The translations under genes and the position numbers were made by a program. The notes under the pieces are model-generated. The model was not told the DNA's origin. It searched no databases and worked only from the letters and a program-made list of their open reading frames with translations. This document shows, one piece after another, positions 26,741-38,888 of a stretch of 64,000 nt of DNA; position 1 is the first letter of the stretch; every line of letters begins with the position of its first letter. Origin of the DNA: Lophium mytilinum (taxonomy: Eukaryota); assembly GCA_010093605.1 (NCBI GenBank), contig MU004196.1:766606-830605 (forward strand), in the 5' to 3' direction.

Positions 26741-27366
26741 CGATAGATCTTCCTTAATTGAGGATGTCTTGCGAGGATGCGGAATGTGGGAGTGCAGAAG
26801 GACCCATCAATGAATATTTCAGGTTTGGAGGACATCGCGCCAATCAGGCCATGTACCGTTTCCCTTTCAGGTTCACGAAGGCGGTGTCATGCTCGCAAAT
26901 TGTATTTCGGGCCCGGTTCATTCGCTAGCTGGGTGGTTGGCCAAAGCCTGAACGCACCTCTTGACGTATGAGACTAGTTCGATACCTGATGGAAAGAACT
27001 CTAGCTTCCGTATTAGGTCCAAGTAATTTAGACGTACAATTCGAAGTCCGCAGGCGATGTTAGTTCGCACGCTGTATTTTGGAGATGTTGCTCTCGCGAT
27101 ATGGGCAGCTAGACCAAGTCTTGAGACGCCTCTAGATGTATGAACGGGAGCTGAATGTTAATGTAAATTTTGGAACACGCAAATCTAATCGCCTTCAGGC
27201 GTGCCTATGCCCAGCGATGTCGGCTTGCAGTCCGCGTTTCGACGGGATTGCATGTGCCATTTGGGTGTAAGGATGCAACACGGAGGCGCCTCTGGGCTTA
27301 TGATAGAGCGTTAGAATGGGATGCAAATACTCGCAGCGCATGACTCGATCGTCGTCACGCTTACGT

Positions 27367-29252
27367 TTACTCCACAGAAAATGACTGATGACTACCGACC
27401 TTCTCAATCTCCTCATTGAACACAGTGCCGTCCATCAACCCGTCTACGTATGCCTGGCCGACAAACTCAAAGCTCTTTACTTCCGTCCGACGACGGAGAA
27501 TATGCGGTGTGTTTGCGGTAAAGAAGACACAAATCGAATCCGATTTTCTCAAGAAATCTGGACCAATCCCAAAGCAGCCATTTCGGGTACTGAAGAAGCA
27601 GGAACACTGCCACGCGCTCTGAATGGCAGCAAAATATCTCGTGCTGGAGGAGTCAATCATAGGCTCCTGTCCGCTTCTTACGGTTGCGCCAAAAATATCA
27701 CTGACAAAGCTGTGGTAGTCCGCAATTGCCTGATGTCTTGGGTATACGTGCCCATCATGCGTCATTCCAGTGACCATGAGCTCTGCAAATGTGAATGGGC
27801 CCGATCTATTTGGATAGTAATCTCCGCATAGTTTAGCTATTTGGCGAAGAATATTGAGGATTAGAGGTGCAGGATCTGATCTGCCAGCCTGGAAGAAATC
27901 TAATGGGACAGTTCTGTCGATTTTGTCGAGTTCTAGTCCGTTGAATGTGATGACGTTAGATCCTGGCATGAACAATACGTGTGGAGGTCTTTGGACCTGA
28001 CTATCATGTCTAAGGTGACCTGCTTTATTTAATCTCCAAGGCGAAAAAAGGTGCTCCGCACGATAGCGGAAATCTGGGCACCACGAAGGAAGCGAAGGGT
28101 GTCTAGCTTTGAAGGGAACAAGGGCCAGTATGTGGAATCCGTCGCTCTCCAGAACGAGCTTAGTAAGGTCCGCGCGTAGGCTCTCCAAAACTCCAATTTG
28201 CTGGTAGATGAGTAGTCTACCTGAATCCGGCTTTGCAAGTTCTTGCTTAAGAGTCCGAGTAGACCGTATACCTTATCGACCGCTTCGGTGCTAAGTTTCC
28301 TTTGCACTGTATTAAAGACGCTGATACTTTTCGTACCTACACCAAAATCTCTGTCCTGGCGCATCTGTTGAATAACTAGCACAGTATTCAAACTATTTTC
28401 CAATGGGATAGTGGGGTTATTGTATTTGTAGAATGTGCCAGGAAATATATTAGCCTTACTGACGTCAACGACGAATTTGACGATAGCTGCCCAGTGGATT
28501 ATAGTGTGACCATATAGGACATCGATTTCCTTTGCCAGAACAGCTTCTTGCAAGACCCAGAGTCTGGAGAACCAATCTCGAAGGAATAGGTGGAGAACAG
28601 CTGGCCAAACGGAATCGTGAAGTTCAGGGAAGCCGTGAGACTTGAGCGTGTCTGCTTCTAGCAATGCCCAGTCTTTTGTGTTCTCGAAGTGATCATTCAG
28701 CTGGCCAATGCCGTCGAGAGCTAGATGGGCGTCTTCCGGGCCCAAGCTGAAACATGGCGGCTCTGGAACTGTGAGCCACTGTTTTAGGAGCCTGAGTGCT
28801 GCCGGAATGAGTTTATAAGGTGCTTCGATTGTCTGGCTGTCATGCTTGCCATCTGTGACTGCACCGTCGGAAGCCGGCCCTAGCCGAATAATCACCCGAC
28901 TTGCGGAAGAGTATATCTGACTCATTTGAGGCACGTGAATTGCCTTTTCTTCCTCGTCTTGCTGATTGAGACATATAGCGTCTATCCAGTAATGAGTTTG
29001 TTTCACCAGCTTCAACGCTCGCAGTCCAGTAAGAAGATGCGGCGACAATGCAAGCCTTGCGCCATTGCAGATGATCGATGCGGTTGGCTTCTCTTTGCCC
29101 CACACATATGACAAAGCATAGTACTCTGGTGGGTGATCCATAGGAAAGCAGCTCAGGCTACAGACGACATCCTCGGACGACGCGTCGATCTCCAGGAGAC
29201 GCAGCGTCGACGAGCTGATCGGCTCATAGCAGTAGGGGGTTGGAAATGCCAT
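27367..29252 (-). pseudogene. HET-domain (HET-6-like heterokaryon incompatibility) gene with a frameshift
   Basis: YYALSYVWG, YWIDAICLNQQD, QMSQIYSSA, WFSRLWVLQE, DKVYGLLGL; second frame has LPSWCPDF and FVGQAYVDGLMDG. Frames switch at CGCGCG 28171-28176. Confidence 0.85.
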
Positions 29253-29593
29253 TCTCAGGGAGACGGGTGACGCGACAACGGCGTGATACTCAGCGTCGAT
29301 GAAAACCAGGCTGACACTGCCGGAGTGTCACGTGACGATATATTCAGGCTGGATGGCAGAATAACATTCGCTCTCGATCCAGGCACCGTCCTGCCGTTGA
29401 TCTCCATAGTACAGCAGAAGCCTCGCTGATGTGGAGATAAGGTTAGGAGGACGTTGAAGAAACGGGAGTGGAGATAACGTTAGGGCTGGGCCACGCTAGC
29501 GGCCGTTGTTCCTGCATTTATCTATCGCCAGCTTCAGGGCCACCTCCCTCGACACCAACCCCACTCCCCTGGGCCTGCGCCCACCTCGACACC

Positions 29594-32500
29594 ATGAGTA
29601 ATGACCCGCTCAAACCGATGACTGACCAGGACGTCGTCGCCCTCGCCCGCGAGGCCATCGAGAACTCGCGCGACGAGCATAAGCGCGCCGTCGCCGAAAC
29701 CCCCGGCGCCTCCAAAGATCTCCGCCAGCAGCCCGGCATCACCATTGACCTGGGCCACAAGAACATCGTCAGCCTGCCCGACGAGGTTATTGACGTGATC
29801 CGCACCGAAATCGAGCGGTACGCCCTTTCTAGGCTGAGAGATCCTAACTTCATGGCATGGCTAACGGTACCTAGACTCGCACTGTCGCACAACAACCTCT
29901 CCAATCTGCCCGCCCGCCTGCCAGAATGTCGCCGTCTGCGCTATCTGAACGTCCGCTATAACTCCCTGCGCGAGATCCCCCTAGCCGTTTGTCTTCCCGG
30001 CTCTGAAGGCAGAAGATGTAGAAATTGACAAAACGTACAGATCTTGCAGATGACCTCGCTCGAGATATTGGACGTCAGCAAGAACAAGATCAAAACCATA
30101 CCAGAGGGAATCTCGAATCTGATATCACTGAAAGTCCTGGCTATACAAAAGAACAAGATCGAGAGGCTGCCCGTTGGCCTCGGAGAAATAAGTAGTCTGC
30201 AGGTCTTGAAGCTCGATGGGAACCCCATCGTTTTCCCTCCGCCGCACGTCTGTACAATCAACGACAATGCCCCTTCGCCCTCAAACGATAATGAGAAGGA
30301 TGCGGTTATTGCGACACAGGTCAAGAAGTATATGAGGCAATACGCGAGTGATATCTCAAACAAGCAGAGGCGGAGGGTAGAGTCTGAGGGTAGCGAGAGG
30401 TTCGACTCATATACTTTGGTTACTTGATCGCCACTGACAACCCACAGCGAGAGTAATGTGGAAACCCCACGTCCTTCCAAACGAGCCGTACCCGGCCGCT
30501 TCCCCGTGAAGCCGAGCATCAGCAATTTGGATATGTTTGCGGGCCCTTTGAGCGAGCAATCAGCGTACCAGACAGGTCTGTACCAATCCGAGCTGAGGCC
30601 AAACCCTTCGCCCGGACCTCCTCCGCCGATACCTACTCGCTCGCACTACCGAGAGCAGTCCCAGCAGAACAGTAGTCTCTCTCGAGGACCCCCGGTTGCG
30701 CCTCTAGTCCTATCCAACGGCAACAATGAGCGAAATCGTAGTCAGAGCGAAGGTGCAGGGTCTGCAACTATCAGAGCCAAGAGAATGGGCATTTACACCC
30801 ACAAAACTTCGGATCTTGGGCCGGTGGACGAACTCAGACGAAACAGCCATTTCCGCGGCTTCAGTCAAGGCCTCGTCTTGTCAAGTAATGGGGCGAACAA
30901 CGGAAGCTCGGGACCAGCCACTGCCGGTGCCTATGGCGATATGGGGACGCAGCGGCCCCTTATTCATCGGCCACTTTCAGATCTGCTGGAACATAAGCGA
31001 CGATCCCGCGCTCCGGATGTCGTCGTTGAGGCCGCTAAGAGCTTTTTGTACGCAATGTCACAGCTGCACGACACTATGCTCAGTCTGATGCGTGCTATCA
31101 AGAAGGATAGGAGTCGAGGTGGATATCGGAGAGAGGAGCTTCCACGCCGGTTTACTATTGCATATCTACAGATCAAGAAGCTCAGCGAACTACTCCGACG
31201 CTTCGATACTCTCGCCGAGGAGGACGAGGACGACGCACACAAGCTCTCAGCTTCCATCCACCAGACTTGCCAGAAGTCTCTCGCTCAATTCCTGCTGGTC
31301 AATGTCCTGATAGCGGAAAACGCACACGCGATCGGAAGTGAAGGAGACCCTCGGTTCATGCGGTCCTTTCTATTCCTGCAGACTGGCAGTATGATCGAGC
31401 TTAGGAAGGCATGTGAGGTGCTAGGTGTAAACTTCAAAGGGACACCAACCACAGGTCGCAAGCTGCAGAGCTCGAATCGGTCCATGCCTCCAGCTCGGGA
31501 GCCTCGACCGCTGGTTGTTAGACGATTCCAAACAACGCCACCAAGTCAGCGAACGGCGCAGTATTCCATGCCTCCTCCAGTATCACTACACAGTAACGAA
31601 AGCAGCCGAACGAATACTTTGACTAGTATCAGCGCAGCAACTCCAAGATCTGGAGAATCATTCCTGACCGCCTCGACTATGTCACGCACCAACACTATGC
31701 AAAGCAGCTTTGACGATCCTGACGAAGAGGCGCAGTTCGATCGCATATATATCAAACTGAAGACAGCATGCGATCAATGCCAAAAGAACGTACCGCAGAT
31801 CCTTCGCTCTTTCCGGAGGACGTACGAAACGGAACGGTCGCGACTTGATTCCGAAGATCTGAAAATGAAGGTCTTGATGAGACTCATTGAGACGGCAGAC
31901 TCGGTCGTTGGGGTTGCTAGGACGTTGAGTGAGAGGCTATCAGAGATAAAACTGAAGGATGCTGTGGCCAGGAGTCAACGGGATTTCTGGCAACAGTGCA
32001 CTCTTCTTACAAAGGTTGGTGCTTTTATATTACTCGGGGTCAGGTATCATCCTATCTTTTAATCTAATCCGACACTCACATTCATAGGCTTGGAACGATA
32101 TGGCAGCTGCTATCGCCGGCGAAGGTCGAAGAGTAGGCCTTCTCGCGGAGGACGTCAAGATCCTTATGAAACCTACCCACCACGCGGTCAAAGACGCAGG
32201 CCTTATGATCAACAACTCGTTATGGTCCTATCTAGCTCACTCAGCCCCTAATGCGGGCGGTCCGATGGGTCCACCTGGTCTCCAATCGCTGACATCAAAG
32301 ACCCAACCACCAAAATTCTACAGTAATCAATCAAGCTTTAGTACCAGTCACGCGCCTGGCTTCCCGGGTCCAATCAACACGTCCATCACCCCAGCTGCAT
32401 CCACCTATTCGGCGATCTCGAATTACTCCGCAACATCGTTTACCAGCCAGAGCAGTGCAGGCGGTAGCTCAATGGGCTACGTCACGCCGGTCCCAGCGAC

Positions 32501-32651
32501 TCCGCTCAGCGCAGCACTCGGAGCTGCGGCGCAAGCAACAGTGCCGAATACCCCGAACCAGCTCCCAGGGCAGAACAACACGGGCCCGTTTGCGGGGAAT
32601 GTGTTTGAACGCGCGGATAGGCTGGCGCAACAGCCGTACCGGCGGATTTGA
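29594..32651 (+). CDS. SOG2: RAM-network leucine-rich-repeat protein Sog2
   Basis: N-terminal LRRs (TIDLGHKNIVSLPDEVI, LEILDVSKNKI, LKLDGNPIVFPP), GRFPVKPS, and C-terminal VPATPLSAALGAAAQATVP / VFERAD; four introns. Confidence 0.9.
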
Positions 32652-33476
32652 GAATCGAACGGAATGAGCTCTCCCGAAGGTATGTTTTGTAGATCTATTT
32701 CCTTTTTCCACACAACTTCCTCTTCATTACATTGCATCTGTATGTTGTTAGCGATGGCGTTCTGGGTCGGGCTTTTACGGGATTCGGAGGGGTATTTGGC
32801 ACGGCAGGCTTGACGGACTGGCTTGCGTACCCGGGTGCCATTGGGCTGGCTGCTGAGCATGGTCATGCGACGGCCAGAGAGCTTTTCGGCGGTCTGGGTT
32901 TAGGATTTTGGGGTGGAGAAGGCCAGGTAGAGAGCGACGATTCTGAGGAGTCGTGAATGGCTGGCTAGCTCGTTTCAAGGATATGGTCGTTTATGGGCGA
33001 GCTCCGCAGAGGAGATCTGCCGAAATGCATAAAGTAATATCGAGACAAAATCATTGAGCACACTCTGTCTCGTGTCTACACTTGCCTGCCACTAAATGAA
33101 CTGCTTCAACGAGTTTCTATGTCGCCTAAAATGGAGAGCTACTATCGCGTACAGATCTCTGGAAATTTGGTAATGCACCCAGAGCAGTGGCATGTACATG
33201 TGAACCCATGGCAGGTTGTGCTAGTAGTAGATCTAGACTTTTTCTCTCTATACCGTGAAAGCTCGCTGGGGGTAACTCTAGTGAGACATGATTGGCCAGA
33301 GCTTGACCACACTCCTTCACGACTAAACACGTCTGTCAAACCTCTCTCTCTCAACCTAATCCAACTCCTATACCTGATCCAAACTCTATCACCACCCAGC
33401 TGCGAGACCCTTCCCCAGCCTCCCCACAACCAAAATCATGCCGATACCTTGAACAATCCATCCAACCTACACCGTC

Positions 33477-34259
33477 ATGCCACCCACCCCCCTCGCCCTC
33501 CTCGCCTCCCCCACCTTCCTCCTCACCACAGCCTTCAGCCTCCTCCTCGCCCTCACCCTCCGCCTCCTCGCCATCCTCCCCCCGCGGCCCCGGCGCCCCA
33601 CCCCGCGCCGCATCGGCGCCCCAACCCGCCTCCTCGTCGTCCTCGGCAGCGGCGGCCACACCGCCGAAATGCTCTCCGCGCTGCATGGGCTCAACACGCA
33701 GAAATACACGCATCGGACCTACGTCGTCAGTTCGGGGGACGACTTTAGTGCGCGAAAAGCCGCGGAGTTCGAGCGCGGGCTAGAAGCGAGCGGAGGGGAA
33801 CCAGCAGGCGGCACGGAGAAAGCGAACACGGGCGCCGGGGCGTATGACATCGCCGTCGTGCCGCGTGCGCGGCGGGTGCATCAGTCGCTGTTGACGACGC
33901 CGTGGAGCGCGGGGAGGTGTTTGTGGGCGTGTTTGGGCGTGTTGTTGAGTGCGAACGGGAAGGGGAAGAGTGGGGATGGGGTGGGGAGGGGGTATCCGGA
34001 TTTGATTCTTACGAATGGGCCGGCGACGGCGGTGGTTGTGGTGCTGGCGGCGTATGTTTTGAGGTTTTTTGATGTTCGGGGTGCGAATTCGAGCGGGGTG
34101 ATGCGGACGATTTATATGGAGAGTTGGGCGAGGGTGACGACGCTGAGTTTGAGTGGGAAGTTGCTGCTGTGGGTGTTGAAGGCGGATAGGGTGCTGGTGC
34201 AGTGGGAGCAGCTCAAGGGGATGGGTGGGCGGGCGGAGTTTCTTGGGGTGTTGGTTTGA
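33477..34259 (+). CDS. ALG14: UDP-GlcNAc transferase subunit Alg14
   Basis: N-terminal TM segment; LVVLGSGGHTAEM; PRARRVHQSLLT; PDLILTNGPAT; YMESWARVTTLSLSGKLL; LVQW. Confidence 0.95.
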   Translation: MPPTPLALLASPTFLLTTAFSLLLALTLRLLAILPPRPRRPTPRRIGAPTRLLVVLGSGGHTAEMLSALHGLNTQKYTHRTYVVSSGDDFSARKAAEFERGLEASGGEPAGGTEKANTGAGAYDIAVVPRARRVHQSLLTTPWSAGRCLWACLGVLLSANGKGKSGDGVGRGYPDLILTNGPATAVVVVLAAYVLRFFDVRGANSSGVMRTIYMESWARVTTLSLSGKLLLWVLKADRVLVQWEQLKGMGGRAEFLGVLV

Positions 34260-34438
34260 GGGCAAGGGAGCATGTGTCTGCATTTGAGTGCGTTCAAGCG
34301 TTGGCGTTGGACAGAGAGAAGGGCTCGATGGATGGACTCGGTTGGGTTCTGCAAAAGAACCTGCTGATGTACACTAATATAGTATCTACATATTATACAA
34401 GAACCCGATACTCCAAGAATGCTGCGGTACATGTCTGG

Positions 34439-35546
34439 CTACGAAGTTTGTGCTGTTTTGGCTTTTTGAGCTGCTTGATTTGCTGCCATAACCTCTCCAA
34501 TCCTTGCCAGCATGTCCTCGGTGAGCTGCGGCTCTCCCCTGGCCGCTTTCTCTGCCCGTTGCTGTTCGTGGAGAAGCTGTATGGGCATTCGCATAGTGGA
34601 CGCCCAGTTGTTCTTCGCGTTCTCCTGTTCCTCCTTCTCGACTAGTTTGGCTATGTAGTCTTCGTCATGCCGTGTCCTGTACTTGCTGTACTTCCCTCTC
34701 AGCTCATCGATAACTGACGGCGGCATTGGCGGGGTCAAAAGAGTCGGAACAAACGTCTGCTCGTCAACTGTGAGTCGCAGCGTATCATCCGGACGGTCTT
34801 CGTACTCGGGCTCGTCGTCGTATGGCCATTCGATTTCGGAATCTGTGCCAGGGACGTACCTCGCCCAGGTCTTCTTTCCTGTATGCTTGTCGGTCTTAAT
34901 CTTTCGCATATCGATCTCCTCGACGATGACGTCGCGTTTGACTCCGGTCTTCTGGTCGCGCATTGTGTGGACAAGACGGACATCTTCGTACTTGACTGCG
35001 ATTTCCGTGGCTGTAATTCTGCTAGAGTCGCCATCGAGCTTGCTGAAAAGCTCTGGTTTCTTTTGGTATGCCTGATCGGAGCAGTCAGTATTCAGTTTGA
35101 GAGTCATGAGCAGAGAAGCCGTTACGTGCCATATTGAGCTGATTGACGATCAAATGATTTGTATCCCTCAGAAGCTGCTTCACTATGCCAATCTCGCCCT
35201 TGTCCAGTCCTCGCAGTAGGACAACCCTGTCTCCCTCAACAATATTCCAGTCTTTTATTTGGAGAGATTCTGGGAGCGGCAAAGGGCTGACGGCATTGCG
35301 GTCTACTCCACCAAACGTGTCTCCGTCCGTTCCATAATTCCGATTCGGCGCAAGAGGTCCCAGTCTCCAGTCTTGCCGGTGGGCATCGCGCGCGAATTTG
35401 AGCTGTTCGACTTGTAGTGCCCGCTGCTGTTTCTTTTGACTTCGCAGCTGGAGACGCTCCGCTACGAATTCCGTCCTCTTTTTCGCAGCTATCTTGCGAG
35501 CTTCTTGCTGATGAAGCGTCGCGGCGCGCCTGAGTATCCGTTGCAT
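34439..35546 (-). CDS. MRPL40: Mitochondrial ribosomal protein uL24m (KOW motif; yeast MrpL40-like)
   Basis: DWRLGPLAPNR; WNIVEGDRVVLLRGLDKGEIG (KOW); TFVPTLLTPPMPPSVIDELRGKYSKYR; one intron near 35075-35125. Confidence 0.88.
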
Positions 35547-35944
35547 CGTGACCAGAGGTGTATCGTCAGTTGAAGGGAGGGGATGGGTGCGCAGGGATGC
35601 GAAATCGCTGCACTCGGTGGTGGTGCGGTGAATCGGGGGTCTTCACGAGGAACTAGGGCCACGCCAAGACATGAAAGTGAGGAGTGAGGTAGTGGATCGA
35701 GCACAATGGAACAGACGACAATTTAGTAGATTTGAATAGAGCGAGCGAGTGAATTCCTGACGATGGGCCCGGTACAAATCAACTCGAAGTCTCTAGATGG
35801 TCGGGAATTCACGCATCTCTTCTCTGCCTCACTCCCAAAATTTATCGCGCTGCGCTGCCGCTTCCCCGACCGCTTAGAAAGTACTGCCCGCCGCCGAGTC
35901 ACGTCGACACGTTCATGTTCAGAAACATTCTCAACACCAACAAT

Positions 35945-37843
35945 ATGCCCCGGCTCTTACGGCGCAACCTCACTTGCTTCTACTGCGGCGGCAGGAGCCC
36001 AAACTCACAGACAGGCCAGGTGCGACAATGGCACTGCCAGAAATGCGACGCCGTCAACCATCTGGACGAGGTATGTTCTCTGCCCAGAATGCCTACCTAT
36101 ACACTGCTAACAAGTCGACAGAACGGCCAGATCACCGATCCTCCCGCCTCTGAAACTCAAAACCCCGTGCAATACGCTCACGTCCCTGCGCGCTCAACTT
36201 CTCCGGAGCTGGCCTCTGCGGATCGCGAGCTGTTCTGCAATACCTGCCAGAAGAATCAATACCTCCTTACCGAATCGCTTGCCAACTATCTCCCCTCCCA
36301 AGACGACCCGAACTACGCCAAATATGAAGCTGCGGCTACCGAGTACAGGAAGAGCTTGGAAGAGCGCTACCCCCAGGTATGCGAGAACTGTGTCCACAAG
36401 GTCCGCGACCGCATCAAACTCGCCTCATACGCCGCGAAGACGGACAACATGAGGCGCGCATTGCAGCAGACCAGGCAAAACGGCGTCTTCGACACGGCTT
36501 CTTGGGGTTGGAAGAACATTATCGTGTTTGCAGGCGGGCAGGCCTACTTCCTCAATCTAATTCTCAGCCTCCTATGGCATACATTTGGAGCGCTATTGAC
36601 CACGGAGCCTGAGGATGGAATGAGCCCTGTGGATATTCCTGGCTATCAAATGTGCCTCACTCAGGCGGCGACTCAGTACGGCGTTGAACCAGCCTGTTTC
36701 TCGTTAGTGCTACCACTGGCCAAGTATGCCTTCATTTTGGCTATTTGCTCCGTCTGGTGGAACAGCTCATTGCAGAGCTGGGTTCGCCGATCAAGGGGGC
36801 GAATGGTCGGCTTGAATGATCATATGAAGCTTCAGCTATTGGTTCTTTTTGTGAGAGCTGCTAGTCTCTATTACTTCCAAGAAGTTGGATTCATGGCGAT
36901 GGCACTGCATGTTTTCAAGGCCGCCCATCTTTTCATGATCGTATTTATTCTGCTCACGAGCATCATCTCCATCCGCATGGTCCGGATCGACAGGAAACCG
37001 AAATTCACTTTCAATGACTCTATCGACCATCTCCTCCCAACGGCACCTCGGAACCAAAACTTGAACGGTGCACACGCACACCCTGGATCTAGTTTTGACT
37101 CTATGGCAACATCTTTTGGTTCCTCTTTTCCCATCAGTTCACTAGCGCCTCCTTCGCCTCCCACATTTCAATATCCTGCCTCTCCCACCATCCCATCATC
37201 TGCGTCAGTTCATTCAGAGACTGAAACTACCTGGACGACCGCCACTGAGAAGGAAAATCGCATGGACTGGACACCCACGCCTCCGTCGCCTTTCCGACCC
37301 CGGCGTCCTATGCAGCCAGTTAGGCGCGTTGAGCCGGTCCAGCCCCAACAGGAACAACCTGCTGTGCGATCTCCTTTCTACGGAACAATTCCAGCCGCAC
37401 CCAAGATGCCCTTCCAGAAGCACATAAACCCCTGGCCACAGCCTGTTTTCCAGCGGGCTTCGGCTACCTCTCAGAGCGACTTCTTTTCAAAGCTAAGATT
37501 GGAGACCGCAGGTGCTGGATCCGGAGGCCAGATCGGCAACGGAATGTTCACTCGTGCCCCTCGAGAGGAGTTCGAGCTTCGTGAGGCACAGTTCCAGTTC
37601 AAAGAAGGCCCGGTTGACACTGGTCTCGAGGCGATGTTTGGGACGGTCTTTTCGATCGGAGATGAACCCGCAGAGATCAGGGCGGCACAGGCACAAGGAC
37701 GAGGTCAGGCCAACGAGGATGTCACTAGAATTTGGCCTAAGCTTCTGCTTGGCTGTCTACCTATCGGCATCTGCGCAGCTCTGACAATCTACTCGGGCAA
37801 GTATGATGTTTCATGGACGAGCCTGGGGGCCATCCTGGGGTGA
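35945..37843 (+). CDS. IMA1: Inner nuclear membrane protein Ima1 (Ima1_N domain)
   Basis: LTCFYCG..WHCQKCDAVNHLDE/NGQITDPP..FCNTCQKNQ..LEERYPQVCENC, then several TM helices. The 51-nt intron 36071-36121 is in frame. Confidence 0.9.
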   Translation: MPRLLRRNLTCFYCGGRSPNSQTGQVRQWHCQKCDAVNHLDEVCSLPRMPTYTLLTSRQNGQITDPPASETQNPVQYAHVPARSTSPELASADRELFCNTCQKNQYLLTESLANYLPSQDDPNYAKYEAAATEYRKSLEERYPQVCENCVHKVRDRIKLASYAAKTDNMRRALQQTRQNGVFDTASWGWKNIIVFAGGQAYFLNLILSLLWHTFGALLTTEPEDGMSPVDIPGYQMCLTQAATQYGVEPACFSLVLPLAKYAFILAICSVWWNSSLQSWVRRSRGRMVGLNDHMKLQLLVLFVRAASLYYFQEVGFMAMALHVFKAAHLFMIVFILLTSIISIRMVRIDRKPKFTFNDSIDHLLPTAPRNQNLNGAHAHPGSSFDSMATSFGSSFPISSLAPPSPPTFQYPASPTIPSSASVHSETETTWTTATEKENRMDWTPTPPSPFRPRRPMQPVRRVEPVQPQQEQPAVRSPFYGTIPAAPKMPFQKHINPWPQPVFQRASATSQSDFFSKLRLETAGAGSGGQIGNGMFTRAPREEFELREAQFQFKEGPVDTGLEAMFGTVFSIGDEPAEIRAAQAQGRGQANEDVTRIWPKLLLGCLPIGICAALTIYSGKYDVSWTSLGAILG

Positions 37844-38888
37844 GACAGGATACTGACGCTACGACGAATTTCTTTTATTGGAGGGTGGTTTTTGTTTTGA
37901 ATGCATTGCGATTGGGTCTGCATCTACGGTACGGCAGGCGTCTTGATATTTGGCGGATACCCTTACTGTTGGAAATGTGCACATGTTTGCACATAATATC
38001 ATCATTCAGACGGCTTGTTAAGCTAATGATTGTTGACGAGAGCTGCTCTGGGGTGTTGGATGTTGTTCGAGTAGCATGTTTTTACAGCCTGTCCTGTTAC
38101 AGCTTTTCGAAGCTGATCATTGTTCTGGAGAGCTGGGCGCTTTAAGTCTCTTCTATATTGTATTGAGCATCGTATTAGCCTCCCCCAAAATTAGACAAAG
38201 TTAATAGTCAAGCCAAGCCAAGCGAATCTCTCTTGCAGATGCCCAGAACGCCACAAGAATGCTTGTAGTGCTTACGTACTGTCCAGTCCAGCTCACACTC
38301 AATTACAGCCCTACTGCATGTAAATTCCTACTACAATATGCACAAGCGGCTTGCGATATCTTCTTGTTTAAGCCCACGCTCTCCAATGCTGGGGCCGGTA
38401 AGCTGCTGATCATCATTTGATCCCGATACCACGGGATGAGCCGCCCATCGAACTCTCTGGCACCCCAGCACCAATCTGCCTACCACGTACCGTCGTACAG
38501 ACGTACGCCTTGCGACCTTCCTGACCCAAACCCAACTGTCGCCCCGCTCGGTCTCCGCAAGTCCGAGGCAGCCGAAGGGGGAAGACGCCGTAACTCTGAT
38601 TGGGCGATTGCGCATCCACAGGATGAAAAGATCTGCGCCGTGCGGAGAGCAACAGCGCTAGACAGCGGAGACTAGCCATTATTGCCACCAATTGACCAGT
38701 CAGAGAAGCGGGGCGAGGGAAGGGAACAGAGCACAATCCTGGCCGACTTCGGTCCGGGTTTGTTTAAAGACGGCACCGTGCCTTGGAGCTGGGACGTCAC
38801 TTGGTCAGTTGACACTGTGGTGGATTTGAGCCTTGCTGCGGTTCCTTGAACTTTTCTTCTGTATTATCTGTTGTAACAATTGTTTGAG

